Notes under the pieces: generated by a model
Databases searched by the model: none
Told to the model about the DNA's origin: nothing
The model's input: only the letters and a program-made list of their open reading frames with translations
Source: Candidatus Binatia bacterium
GTDB lineage: Bacteria > Desulfobacterota > Binatia > Bin18
Direction: 5' to 3'
Assembly (NCBI GenBank): GCA_963666315.2
Contig: CAXXHG010000043.1
Coordinates: 1 to 64,000 of the forward strand
Length of the DNA stretch: 64,000 bases
Position numbers and translations under genes: made by a program
Shown here: positions 1-10,333 of the stretch, piece after piece
Layout: the number at the start of each line of letters is the position of its first letter
Position numbering within the stretch: the first letter of the stretch is position 1

Positions 1-1325
1 TGGCTCAGCTTCACCGGGATAGTGCTGACTGCCCCTCTGCTCTTGTCTGTTATGGGGACGTAACGAGTCCGCATTTAGCGGCATGTTCGCCCTCGATGCG
101 TATGCCCTCTTCTTCAACCTCATCTTCTGCATGGCTGCCGGCCTTACCGTCCTCATGTCCTTGACCTATCTGGAAACTGCCGAGATCCGGCATGGCGAGT
201 ACTACGCCCTTATTCTCTTTGCCACGCTTGGCATGGTCATCATGGCTGCAGCCACCAACCTCATCCTGATCTTTCTCGGCCTGGAAACCATGTCGATTGC
301 GGTCTACGTCCTGGCCGGTATCTGGCGCCAACACCTCACCTCGCACGAGGCTGCTCTCAAATATTTTCTGCTTGGTGCGTTTGCGAGCGGATTCCTGCTA
401 TACGGCATTGCCCTCGTGTACGGGGCGACCGGCAGTGTCCAGCTCGGGGCTATCACCGAACATGTCAGTGCCAATGGCTCGTCGCCGTTGCTCTTAATCG
501 GCATTGCGCTCTTGATCGTGGGTTTTGGTTTTAAAGTGGCCGCCGTTCCATTTCATGTCTGGGCTCCGGACGTGTACCAAGGTTCGCCAACGACGGTCAC
601 CGCCTTTATGGCCGTGGGGGTGAAAGCTGCCGCGTTCGCCGCGTTCGCGCGTGTGTTTCTGCATACTCTGGGTCCGGTCCATGCCGACTGGCAGGGTATT
701 CTGTGGGTGATTGCCGCACTCACAATGACTGTGGGCAACATCACTGCGCTGGTCCAGCACAATATCAAACGCATGCTCGCCTATTCGAGCATTGCCCACG
801 CCGGCTATCTTCTTGTTGCCATGGTTGCAGGGAAAGATTTCGGCGGCGCTGCCCTCATGTACTACCTGGTGGCCTACGGACTCATGAATATGGGCGCGTT
901 TTGGGGTCATGATAGCCGTTGGACGAAAAGGCGAACCAAACGAGGATTTTGATGATTATGCCGGTCTTGGTTTTCGCCATCCCGCACTCGGGATGGCGAT
1001 GACGGTGTTTATGCTGTCTCTAGCCGGAGTGCCTCCACTGGTTGGCTTTACCGGCAAATTCTACATCTTCAGTGCTGCGGTACAGGCCGGTTGTGTCTGG
1101 CTGGCTGTCATTGGGGTACTGAACAGCGTCGTCTCTGCCTATTATTACATCCGCGTGGTAGTGAATATGTATATGCGTGAAGGCGACACCATTATCGAAC
1201 TGCCCTCGCTGCGCCCGGCCTTAGTGGCCGTCATTCTAGTTACGGCTATCGGTACGGTCTTAATGGGCGTATTTCCGGGCGCGTCAATGTCGCTGGCCAG
1301 AGAGTCGTTTTTGTCGTTGGGGTAG
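1..1325 (+). CDS. nuoN: NADH-quinone oxidoreductase subunit N (5' truncated by window; two apparent +1 frameshifts)
   Basis: Motifs EAALKYFLLG, GFGFKVAAVPFHVWAPDVYQG, KRMLAYSSIAHAGY, LSLAGVPPLVGFTGKF. Removing one C at 32-35 and one T at 899-902 joins frames 1, 2 (ORF 83-952) and 3 (ORF 909-1325) into one continuous NuoN. Confidence 0.93.
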
Positions 1326-1452
1326 ATCCCAGGGGCAAACATCTTAGCGATACACATTTCGACGGTGAGCGATCGTTAGAATTTCCATAATCTTCCAACC
1401 CTCCGTCTATCATCAATCAGACAGCAGTGAGGTAAGTAGTATACGAGCCAGC

Positions 1453-2214
1453 ATGCTGACCGAATTTCTCATTGCCCTCCAGTTCCTGACCATCGTTCGC
1501 ATCAAAAAAGAACTCCCGTTTGACGAAACATCTTTTGGGCGATCCGGGACGTTTTTTCCGCTGATCGGTCTGCTCATCGGAGCGCTTGTCTGGAGCGCGG
1601 ATTGGTTACTCCAGCCACTGCTGCCAACAACCTTACTCAGCCTTTTCCTCGTAGGCTTGTTGGCAGTCTTGAGTCGAGGGTTTCATCTCGATGGCGTTGC
1701 CGACAGTGCCGACGGGCTCTTTGGCAGTACCGAGCCGCAACGAAGCTTGGCCATTATGAAAGACAGTAGACTCGGAACGTTCGGAGCCTTGGCTCTTTTT
1801 TTCATGCTTGCTCTGAAAATCTGCGCCTTGGACATCCTACAAGGCGGCTACCGGGACATTGCCCTTCTGTTTGGGCCTATGCTCGGTCGTTGGGCCTGCG
1901 TAGTCATGGCCTATAGCTCTCGTCCGGCGCGCAATGAGGGATTAGGGAGCGTCTTTGTGAATGGAGTCCAGTTTCGCGAGTTTGGCCTGGCTAGCCTCAT
2001 CACTCTCGGCATTCTCTTCACATTAATCGAGATTGTCGGAATCGTGCTCGTCATTCCCCTTGGCGGGCTGATTATCTGCTTCACCCTGTATTGCAATAAG
2101 CGTCTCGGAGGGACTACGGGAGATACATTAGGCGCCATTGGGGAATTGATAGAGATAGCAACATTCTGCCTCTTGGTTGTCTTGGCAGAAGTGGCCGTCA
2201 CCACAGCCCCATAA
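1453..2214 (+). CDS. cobS: Adenosylcobinamide-GDP ribazoletransferase (cobalamin synthase)
   Basis: ALQFLT start, GFHLDGVADSADG, IMKDSRLGTFG and GGTTGDTLGA motifs; multiple TM segments. Confidence 0.93.
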   Translation: MLTEFLIALQFLTIVRIKKELPFDETSFGRSGTFFPLIGLLIGALVWSADWLLQPLLPTTLLSLFLVGLLAVLSRGFHLDGVADSADGLFGSTEPQRSLAIMKDSRLGTFGALALFFMLALKICALDILQGGYRDIALLFGPMLGRWACVVMAYSSRPARNEGLGSVFVNGVQFREFGLASLITLGILFTLIEIVGIVLVIPLGGLIICFTLYCNKRLGGTTGDTLGAIGELIEIATFCLLVVLAEVAVTTAP

Positions 2215-2295
2215 TGCGGAGGGGAGCGAATTTCAGGGAAAACGCTACGAGAACGTTTCCCATCGGCTCGAAAATGACTGGAGAGAGAGGGGGGG

Positions 2296-2667
2296 TTAGA
2301 TATCTGCGCGGACGGGAATTTCTACGTTCAGGGCTACATCGACAAGCGTCTCGCCTCGTAGGGAATAGAGCAGCGTCTGCTCCTCTCTCCATTTTTTCAG
2401 CGCGTCGCGCATACGACTGGGATTGATCCCAAGCACATCGCAGATATTTTCGAAGGAGAAGAACCACAGTCCGTCGCTTGATTTAATCCACTCCTCTGAT
2501 TCCTGAAAAAGCCGTCTTTCATGGGGCTTCTTCGCAAGCAAATAGGTCTGGAAACAATGGACTGCATCCTCTAGCATAGCCAGCAAGAGCCGCTTCTCAC
2601 TCTGTAAGGGCCTCCGCCCGAGCAAGGTGAAATATTGCTCCGGCAAGAGGGTGTCTGGTTCAAACAT
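2296..2667 (-). CDS. Conserved hypothetical protein with helical, HTH-like C-terminus
   Basis: GAGGAG SD before ATG; 123 aa with EKRLLLAMLEDA...FSFENICDVLGINP pattern; divergent from LysR. Confidence 0.7.
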   Translation of the reverse strand: MFEPDTLLPEQYFTLLGRRPLQSEKRLLLAMLEDAVHCFQTYLLAKKPHERRLFQESEEWIKSSDGLWFFSFENICDVLGINPSRMRDALKKWREEQTLLYSLRGETLVDVALNVEIPVRADI

Positions 2668-2699
2668 AGAGCCTCTCCTCTAGAGATAATAGGGGTTTT

Positions 2700-2779
2700 T
2701 GTTCCGTGTGAAGGTGGTAAAGTAGCGGAATTTTATCTATAAGTAAAATAAAAAAAACTTCTTTCTACTATTAGCAACC
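2700..2779. promoter_or_regulatory. AT-rich divergent promoter region, likely LysR operator
   Basis: AT-rich tract with inverted repeat ATTTTA-N8-TAAAAT between the divergent hypothetical and LysR genes, the usual LTTR arrangement. Confidence 0.35.
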
Positions 2780-3712
2780 ATGCATATTGAAACACTCAAG
2801 GTTTTTTGCGATCTCGCCGAGACAGGCAGCTTTTCCCTGGCGGCCTCGAAGAACTTCATCACCCAATCCGCAGTCAGCCAGCAGATACGCGGATTGGAAG
2901 AACGCTATGGACGCGAGCTGGTCGAGCGTTCAAAAGGAAACGTCCGGCTCACCCAAGCTGGTACGGTCTTATATCAAGCCGGCAAAGAAATCGTACAGAA
3001 ATACCGCGAGATTGAAGATAGTCTACAGAGCCTTTCGCGCTCTGTCGCCGGCACTGTCCGGATCGCAACGGTCTACAGTGTAGGGCTGTATGAACTATCT
3101 TCTCCGCTGAAGAGCTATCTCCAGACGTTTCCGGATGTCAATATCCATCTGGAATATACCCGGGTTAACAAAATCTACGAAGACGCGAGTCGTGGGGACA
3201 TTGATTTGGGCATTGTTGCCTATCCCAGTAAACGTCCACAGATTCAGCTTACTCCGTTTCGAGAAGACCGCCTCGTCCTCATTTGCGCACCGCAACACCC
3301 GTTCGCCTCGCTCCAACGCATAAGCATTAAAAAGCTTGATAGAGAGAAATTCGTCGGATTTGAGCGGGATATTCCGACCCGGCGTGCCCTGGATCGTATT
3401 TTTCGTCAGCATGGCGTGAAAGTGCAGTATATGATGGAAATGGACAATGTTGAAACAATGAAACGTGCGGTTGAAATCGGGGCAGGGATCGCCATTGTCC
3501 CCGAACCTTCCGTTTTCCTTGAGGTAGAAAATGAAACGCTCAAGGTTGTCCAATTTTCCGGTGAGGCCCTTATGCGCCCGTTGGGCATTATTTCAAAACG
3601 AGGCCGACGTTTTACGCCAGCGACACAGAAATTTGTTGATTTCCTCAGGAAGAAGCCGTCCCAGAATACCTTTGAAACATCAGACCGTACACGCCAAGTA
3701 ACGGTGTCGTAG
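2780..3712 (+). CDS. LysR-family transcriptional regulator
   Basis: N-terminal HTH (GSFSLAA...ITQSAVSQQIRGLE...LTQAG) plus substrate-binding domain; 310 aa. Confidence 0.95.
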   Translation: MHIETLKVFCDLAETGSFSLAASKNFITQSAVSQQIRGLEERYGRELVERSKGNVRLTQAGTVLYQAGKEIVQKYREIEDSLQSLSRSVAGTVRIATVYSVGLYELSSPLKSYLQTFPDVNIHLEYTRVNKIYEDASRGDIDLGIVAYPSKRPQIQLTPFREDRLVLICAPQHPFASLQRISIKKLDREKFVGFERDIPTRRALDRIFRQHGVKVQYMMEMDNVETMKRAVEIGAGIAIVPEPSVFLEVENETLKVVQFSGEALMRPLGIISKRGRRFTPATQKFVDFLRKKPSQNTFETSDRTRQVTVS

Positions 3713-3782
3713 TCCAGACTGTTCACGAACTCCGAAGTACTTTTTATCCCTTTGACCCATGTCCCTCGCCTAGGAGCCTGCA

Positions 3783-4610
3783 ATGTCTGAAGGGCCGACT
3801 GACCTAGAGACAGCATTCAAACATATCCGAGAACAGCGTCAACTTTCTCGTATGGCCGCAAGCACAGCCGCCCAGATACCAGCACATTATATCGCCGCCC
3901 TTGAGGGAGAAGGGGAGAGGCATCGGCTCGCGGATCCCTTATATCTCGTCTCGTTTATTCGCACGTATGCGAGGTTTCTTGACATCGACGCTGAAGCCGC
4001 GGTTGCTCAATTCCTTAGCACCCTGCGTCAAAAAGAAGTCGAAGGAATAGAACCAACACTCATAATTCATGCCCGCCAGACGCGGTTTCCATTTGGCCCG
4101 GCCATGCTTGTTTCAGGTTTGGTAGCAGCTATTGCACTCCTCTTCTTCATTTGGCACCAACAAGCTCAAGACACGGCATCGCCACAGATTTCCGGCCTGC
4201 CGCCTGAATCTGCGCTGAAAGAGGTCTCTTCACAATCCGTTCACACGCCGCCATCCACCTCTGCCTCTTCTTCCGCTCTAGCGGCGTCTTCCCCTGTGGT
4301 CCCGTCACCTTCACCAGCCACCTCTCTTCCCGTATCGCAGCAGGAAGAGCCTGCCGTTCAAGGAAAGCATTCACTTCAGGTTCGAGCCACACAAAAAGTC
4401 TGGCTACGCGTCGTGGTCGATGATCAGCAGGCAACGCAAGCACTGCTGCAACCCGGAGAGGGAAGAACCTGGTACGCTCAGGAAGGCTTCACGGTTACCG
4501 TCGGTAATGCGGGCGGAGCTGAATTCACACTCGACAACCAGCCGCTTCCGCCCTTAGGCGTCTCAGGCCAGGTTGTTCGCGATGTGAGACTCCCAGCTTC
4601 AGCGGACTAG
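3783..4610 (+). CDS. RodZ-like protein (HTH, TM, DUF4115-like C-terminal domain)
   Basis: HTH with FIRTYARFLDID, single TM, Ser/Pro linker, C-terminal WLRVVVDD...VGNAGG...LGVSGQV. Confidence 0.8.
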   Translation: MSEGPTDLETAFKHIREQRQLSRMAASTAAQIPAHYIAALEGEGERHRLADPLYLVSFIRTYARFLDIDAEAAVAQFLSTLRQKEVEGIEPTLIIHARQTRFPFGPAMLVSGLVAAIALLFFIWHQQAQDTASPQISGLPPESALKEVSSQSVHTPPSTSASSSALAASSPVVPSPSPATSLPVSQQEEPAVQGKHSLQVRATQKVWLRVVVDDQQATQALLQPGEGRTWYAQEGFTVTVGNAGGAEFTLDNQPLPPLGVSGQVVRDVRLPASAD

Positions 4611-4626
4611 CCTGATCGTAAGCCGT

Positions 4627-6378
4627 TTAGTCTTTTGGATGTTGCCCTACCCCTCGTTCAGTGCGGGCAGAAACGTCTTTCAGATACTCAGAGAATTCAT
4701 AGATCCCGTACGCTTTGCGTCCCTGCCATATCGTTTGTGCCAGCCCAAACGTCACCGCCAGCGCGTTGCCCTGCTGTGCATGGCGCACGATAGGGATGGC
4801 GGTGAGCGTCTCGCCTTGGCACTCGAACGCCAGTGGTGAAGAGGAGGAAAAAGAGACACAAAAGCGGGTCGGGCGGCCATGTTCAAAGACGTATTCAAGC
4901 CGCCAATCCTCAGGCTGGAGAGGGTAGTGCGTACCGTTCAGATACACAATACCGGAAGAATGCGGACCATCCGGCGTCTCAGATCGAACGAGAAAAATCC
5001 CAAGGTCCGATCCAAACGGCACAGACAATAGTCGCCGCGGCAGGAGGCGATCGGTTTCTTCCGGTCTGAGGATATCAACAAATCCCCACGCGTTGACGAC
5101 ATACCGGCGATCGGGGAAAGCCACTGAGCCTTGCAGCTGGCAGAAGAAAACCGGAGAGAGATTATCTTCCACCGGCGACGGAAAGAGCAGTTGCAAGTCA
5201 ACTTCAGCAGGTTCAATCCACGAGGCCGCGAGACCGTCCTCCAGACGCATAAATGCCTGCGGGTGGGAAAAGCGCATAATCGTGCCCTGATAGCTAAGCG
5301 AGAGTCCGGTTAGCTGACGCTGCCACACAAACCTGCCTATGCGCACCTGTCCACGATCCGGTCCGCTGTCATCCTCGCCAGTGAACAGGACCATCTCCGT
5401 CCCACCCAGAGACAAGAGCAGACGTCCGGAGTGGACGGGAGAAGTTGGATCAAAATCAATCCCACCCATCACTCCTAAACCACTGTGAGGATCGTGAAAA
5501 TGTAAGGCCAACCTCGTGGGTCCGCATTCCGACTTCCAAGGAAGCAAAGACTCATACGCTGGTGATCTGTCAGCCGAAGACAGGCGCGGGAAAGAGAATG
5601 CGGAAAAATCTTGGCTACTCTGCTGAGCAAGACCGTTCCCCGTGTGCAAGGAGTTGCCCAAGGTCTGACAAAAGACCTCGACAAAACGATCGCGCTCCGG
5701 CCCAGGCCAGCGCAGACCTACCCCCAATTCTAATTGCGCGGCATTGACCTTGCCCTGGACAGTCAGATCGGCCAGCGTTCGTATCTGCGGAGACTCGTCC
5801 TGTAGGAAACGCGGACTAAAGACCTGCATAAAATTATTTTTTGCGGCCGCGGCGTAACGTCGTCCAATCGCGACATCAATGTCGTGTTCTTGCGCCACTT
5901 CGCAGAAAGGAAGTATAACGTCGGAAAAGAAAGAGACACCAAGCGTGGGCTCTCCTTTGCCCGCTTTGACCAGTTCCCTCCCCCGCCGTCGGAGTCCGAT
6001 CCCAACATCGCACACGGGCTGTACCACATTCCAGCCGTGAATAAAGAAGATGCGTACAGAGTCGTGCGGTGCAGTGAGTTCAGACAAGAGTTCGACTAGC
6101 GCACCGAGAAACCACGGAGCATCTTCTCTGACTTGGCTTACACGATTTAAGTCTAGCTCATTGCGATCATGCGAATGGTTGATCAGCGCATAGCTGCCTG
6201 TTCGCGCAGCCAGATCTTGGGTGAGATCAGCAGTATACAGATCATTGACCTTGATGCTGTCCTTAATCGGAGCATCAGCTGGACGACGGCCTCCGTGCGG
6301 CGCTACTAAGACAATGGGAACCTCACCGGCGGTAAACGTCATCCACGGCGGGAGGCTCGCCTCAAACGAAAACGGCAT
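4627..6378 (-). CDS. Hypothetical two-domain protein (N-terminal Zn-hydrolase-like domain, C-terminal beta-rich domain)
   Basis: 583-aa ORF; VLVAPHGG, DLNR, IHG and QLE motifs resemble the N-formylglutamate amidohydrolase/Zn-peptidase fold. Confidence 0.6.
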   Translation of the reverse strand: MPFSFEASLPPWMTFTAGEVPIVLVAPHGGRRPADAPIKDSIKVNDLYTADLTQDLAARTGSYALINHSHDRNELDLNRVSQVREDAPWFLGALVELLSELTAPHDSVRIFFIHGWNVVQPVCDVGIGLRRRGRELVKAGKGEPTLGVSFFSDVILPFCEVAQEHDIDVAIGRRYAAAAKNNFMQVFSPRFLQDESPQIRTLADLTVQGKVNAAQLELGVGLRWPGPERDRFVEVFCQTLGNSLHTGNGLAQQSSQDFSAFSFPRLSSADRSPAYESLLPWKSECGPTRLALHFHDPHSGLGVMGGIDFDPTSPVHSGRLLLSLGGTEMVLFTGEDDSGPDRGQVRIGRFVWQRQLTGLSLSYQGTIMRFSHPQAFMRLEDGLAASWIEPAEVDLQLLFPSPVEDNLSPVFFCQLQGSVAFPDRRYVVNAWGFVDILRPEETDRLLPRRLLSVPFGSDLGIFLVRSETPDGPHSSGIVYLNGTHYPLQPEDWRLEYVFEHGRPTRFCVSFSSSSPLAFECQGETLTAIPIVRHAQQGNALAVTFGLAQTIWQGRKAYGIYEFSEYLKDVSARTERGVGQHPKD

Positions 6379-6441
6379 GGCCGTACTATAGCCGATATCT
6401 CAGCCAGACAGAACGTCTCGTCAAAGAGAAACTCAAACAGT

Positions 6442-7419
6442 CTAGCCGTCCGCCTCACCAAGCTGGTGTTCGAGCTCCTCAATGGAGACGCTTCCTGGAT
6501 TCTGGCCGGTACGCGCCATATGATTGGCAACTTGTTGAAGCAGCTGATTGCAAGGGGTCGGAATATTGTGCAGCCGGCCCAGCAGTACAATTTCCCCATT
6601 GAGAAAATCAGTCTCAATCGTGGGCAGGCCGCGCACCAAACTTTGCCATGACGAGCCGCCCGTGCGCGGATGACCTTCGATATCCACCAGCTTGATCTGA
6701 GACCGCACCCGTTCTTGCCATTCTTCCTCAGGAATAAAATCAATGCCTGCAGCCTGGTAGCAGGCCAACGCCTCATCTCGCAAGGCATGCACAAGCTTTC
6801 GGGAGCGTACGTCAAATCCGCACACGGCCTGGAAAGCGTTGCGCACATTGCTCAGCAGCTTGGTATATTTCCAGCGCATGATGTTTGGATCGGGCTTAGC
6901 GCTGAAACGACATTGAGTCAGGTCATGCGTCACTTGCGTAATGAGCGGGTCTATCCCATGAGGATAACAGCCCGCATCCAGAATCCCACCGATAGGTTCC
7001 GCGTGATTGAGCACCAGCCCAGGTTCAAGATACGTCGCCGGCATCCACACCACCATGCCGTACACGCGCGAAAAGCGACGCGCAGCCATGCGCTCATTGT
7101 CCACACCATTCTGGCTACAAATCACTGCTAGATCACTGCCGCCGGCGCACTCAAGATCGCGCAAGGCCATTTCTGTATCCTGGGACTTCATTGTCAGCAG
7201 AACAACATCATCAGTTGAGAAAGCGATCTCACCGGGATGACCGACTGCCGGGATAGCGAGCTGAAAAGTCTCCTGCGGGATCTTGAGGGTCAGACCCTTG
7301 TCTTGGACAACTTTCAGGTGATCGCCACGACAAATGAGCACCACCTCGTGTCCCTGATGGAAAAGACGGGCGCCAATTGCTCCGCCAATTCCGCCTGCAC
7401 CATAGATAATGTATCGCAT
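6442..7419 (-). CDS. Ketopantoate reductase (ApbA/PanE) family oxidoreductase
   Basis: GAGGIG Rossmann motif, QNGV, WKYTKLLSN, SSWQS, ETDFLNGEIV. Confidence 0.88.
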   Translation of the reverse strand: MRYIIYGAGGIGGAIGARLFHQGHEVVLICRGDHLKVVQDKGLTLKIPQETFQLAIPAVGHPGEIAFSTDDVVLLTMKSQDTEMALRDLECAGGSDLAVICSQNGVDNERMAARRFSRVYGMVVWMPATYLEPGLVLNHAEPIGGILDAGCYPHGIDPLITQVTHDLTQCRFSAKPDPNIMRWKYTKLLSNVRNAFQAVCGFDVRSRKLVHALRDEALACYQAAGIDFIPEEEWQERVRSQIKLVDIEGHPRTGGSSWQSLVRGLPTIETDFLNGEIVLLGRLHNIPTPCNQLLQQVANHMARTGQNPGSVSIEELEHQLGEADG

Positions 7420-7553
7420 CCGGCCTTTTCAGTTTCTTGTTGTATAGATGTTCATCGCAAAAAAGGGACGGTTCACAAACCGCAGCTTACATAAAAACCT
7501 GCCCATATTTTCTCAAGTTGTGACTAACGCTCTAGGGCTGCCCTGTTCGCTCT

Positions 7554-8732
7554 TTAGGCGTCTGCTCGCTCTTGGGCTAGAGGTCTTCGCCCTTTAATGC
7601 CATACAGATCGGCCACATTTTGTCCCAATAGCTTGGCCTTGGTCTCGGGTTTCAGCAATGCCACCATTTCACGTAGGTCGTCCATCACCCCCGGCTTCGC
7701 TTCAGAGTGGGGATAATCACTGGCCCAAAAGAAGCGATCGTCGCCAACCAGATCAATAACTGCCGGGACTGTTTTTTCGTCTGGATCGCACGAAATCCAG
7801 CAGTTGGATTTAAATAACTCACTCGGATAACGCGTCATTTTTTTTGAGAAGCGCCCGATGGACTCAAACTTCCCATCCATGCGCTCCAGCCAAGCACTAA
7901 TCCAGCCAGCGCTGGATTCCAATACGATAAACTTCAGCTCTGGAAATTTCTCAAACGTGCCGTACTGGAACATCGTCGTAAACGCCGCCTGAACAGCAAC
8001 CGCTGACATCACCGTGAAATACCAGCCCTGGCCCCGCATGCCATCGAAATGGGCGGCAGCCATGGGCGGATTCGGCTCGATGGTGGGGTGTATGCCTATT
8101 GAGACACCGAGTTCCTCAGCCTTGGCCCAGAACGCATCGTGGTCCGCGTGACCGTGCGGTTTGCGCGTCATAGTATGGGGCGCAACAAAGGCTCCGCGCG
8201 CGCCGTCTTTGACTGTTCGTTCAAGCTCTTTCAGCGCCAGATCAACATCACCCAGCGAGATATGGGCTATGGGGATCAAGCGGTCGTTTGAGTCCGCGCA
8301 GAAGTCAACGATCCAGCGATTATAGGCCCGACAGTAGGCGTCACACAAAACGGCATCAGACACTTCCGGCTCCCACAGCAAGGCTAAGGACGGATACAAG
8401 ACTGATGCATCAACGCCCTCCTGATCCATAAATTGCACCCGCTCTTTGGGGTCCATGGCCCCGAGGGGCGCACAGCCGGCATAGGTGCGGTCCGGCCGAG
8501 GCATGAGCTCTTCCAGGCTCTTGCCATACCCGCCGACCATAAACAGCGTCCCGCCGGAATTGCGTTTGGACATTCTTCCGTTGACTTCGAGATATTCCAA
8601 GCCACGATCATCCGTTTTGATCCGGATGGCCCGATCACGAAATGTGGGGTCGAGATAGTGCTCCCACAAATCAAGGGGCTCAAGAATATGGGCATCCGCG
8701 TCAATAACCAAAGAACCTAGCGACATTGTCAT
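7554..8732 (-). CDS. Amidohydrolase_2 family metal-dependent hydrolase/decarboxylase
   Basis: IDADAHILEP, GIHP, LESSAGWI, FWASDYPH. Confidence 0.9.
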   Translation of the reverse strand: MTMSLGSLVIDADAHILEPLDLWEHYLDPTFRDRAIRIKTDDRGLEYLEVNGRMSKRNSGGTLFMVGGYGKSLEELMPRPDRTYAGCAPLGAMDPKERVQFMDQEGVDASVLYPSLALLWEPEVSDAVLCDAYCRAYNRWIVDFCADSNDRLIPIAHISLGDVDLALKELERTVKDGARGAFVAPHTMTRKPHGHADHDAFWAKAEELGVSIGIHPTIEPNPPMAAAHFDGMRGQGWYFTVMSAVAVQAAFTTMFQYGTFEKFPELKFIVLESSAGWISAWLERMDGKFESIGRFSKKMTRYPSELFKSNCWISCDPDEKTVPAVIDLVGDDRFFWASDYPHSEAKPGVMDDLREMVALLKPETKAKLLGQNVADLYGIKGRRPLAQERADA

Positions 8733-8777
8733 GGGATCGTCCTTTCCGATTCAAGTCAGCACAACCAGCACCACATA

Positions 8778-8799
8778 TAGAGTTACAGTAGAGTTACAG
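8778..8799. promoter_or_regulatory. Perfect 11-bp tandem repeat (TAGAGTTACAG x2), candidate regulator site
   Basis: Two exact copies at 8778-8788 and 8789-8799, in the divergent region between the two amidohydrolase genes. Confidence 0.45.
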
Positions 8800-8930
8800 G
8801 AACTGCACCCATTGTGCCAAGACCGGGAGGGAGGGCCAGGCCGCATCTTTTTCTGCATTTCTGCAAATTTTCGATTGACATTCCCAGGCCACTCGCAGGA
8901 TAATCACAGTCGCGAAAGGAGGAGCAGCGC

Positions 8931-10028
8931 ATGGCCAATGATCGAATTTTTTCCGCAGACTCTCATACCATGGAGCCGGCAGATCTGTGGGTACAGCGTG
9001 TTGACAGCGGCTTCCGTGACCGGGCCCCGCGGGTCATTAAAGATTACCAAGACAACAAGGGCAGCTTCTTTATTGCCGAAGGGCTGATGCCGTTCCCCAT
9101 CGGTGGTGGGTTTGCGGCAGGCAAAGACCCCAAAGAGCTCGCCACCAATCAAAACGTCGGATACGAAGCAGCCCGGCCCAGCGGTTGGGACCCAGCGGAA
9201 CGGCTCAAAGATCAGGATATCGACGGGGTCGAAGGCGAAGTCCTGTATACCACGCTCGGTATGTTTCTCTTTCATCTCAAAGACGCCGACCTGCAGTGGG
9301 GGTGCTTTCACGCCTATAACGATTGGATTGCCGAGTTTAGCAGCTACGCGCCGCAGCGGCTCATTGGTCTCGGCCTGATCGCCATGCAGAACGTCGAGGA
9401 AGCCGTTCGCGAGCTGCAGCGTATTGCGAAGAAGGGGCTGCGTGGGGCAATGATCAATGCCGCCTCACCAGGGGATTTGCCCTATAGCGATACCTATTAT
9501 GATTCGTTCTGAGCTGCAGCCCAAGATCTGAACCTGCCGATGAGTCTGCATATTCTGACGGGCAAGCAAAACATTCAGCTCAAAAAAGGCCGGGTAGCCT
9601 CCAATATGTCGATTATTCACGAAGTCCAAAACTCACTGACCGACCTTATTTATAATGGCGTGTGCGAACGCTTTCCACGGCTCAAGCTCGTCTCGGCTGA
9701 AAATGATATTGGCTGGATCGCGCATTACCTGAATCGCCTGGATATCTCGTATGAAACTCTGAAGTATGTCGATCCCACGCCCAATACGCTGCTCCCCAGC
9801 GAGTATTTCAAACGCCAGGTGTATGCCACGTTCCAAGACGACCGGCCTGGGGTCCTGACCTATGAGTTCGCCGGTGAGAATAATCTGATGTGGGCATCAG
9901 ACTTCCCGCACCGTGCCTCCACCTGGCCGCGTTCGCGCCAGGTTGTGGAGCAAAATTTTGCGGGCATTCCCGCACAGGTGAAACGGAAGATCACCTATGA
10001 CAATGCGCGGCGTTTATACGGATTCTAA
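8931..10028 (+). pseudogene. Amidohydrolase_2 family gene with in-frame TGA
   Basis: ORFs 8931-9512 and 9540-10028 are in the same frame. The sequence reads YYDSF*AAAQDLNLPMSLH, with TGA (9510-9512) at the usually conserved Trp. SADSH and WASDFPH motifs are intact. Confidence 0.8.
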
Positions 10029-10333
10029 TACGCGCAGGACGGGGTCAAAGATGGGGCCAAAGATAAGATGAGGGCGGGAATAATAAAATCCGAGCACTCT
10101 GCCTTCAGAATCTGGGAGAGCTGAGGGAGCTGTGAGTAGGGGGAGGAAAGGCGTTAGGAGAGGCTCAATTCTCGTCCGCCTTCTTCTCTCCCCACCACAT
10201 GGCATACTCCGTAGACGGAATATGAGACCCAGCAACCTAACGCACTCGGTATAAGGCTCACAATCCTCCAAACGGCATATATTTTTTGATGCTTAAGGAG
10301 GGGGCGTGTTTTCACAAGCAACGGAAAGCCGTT

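Noticed and set aside
9510-9512. UGA reassigned to Trp (alternative genetic code)
   Set aside because: TGA ends normal-length rpsP, trmD and trxB, Trp is encoded by TGG elsewhere, and no other in-frame TGA occurs at Trp positions.
10029-10333. ncRNA or small gene in the 300-bp convergent gap
   Set aside because: No recognisable RNA family, convincing structure or protein motif.
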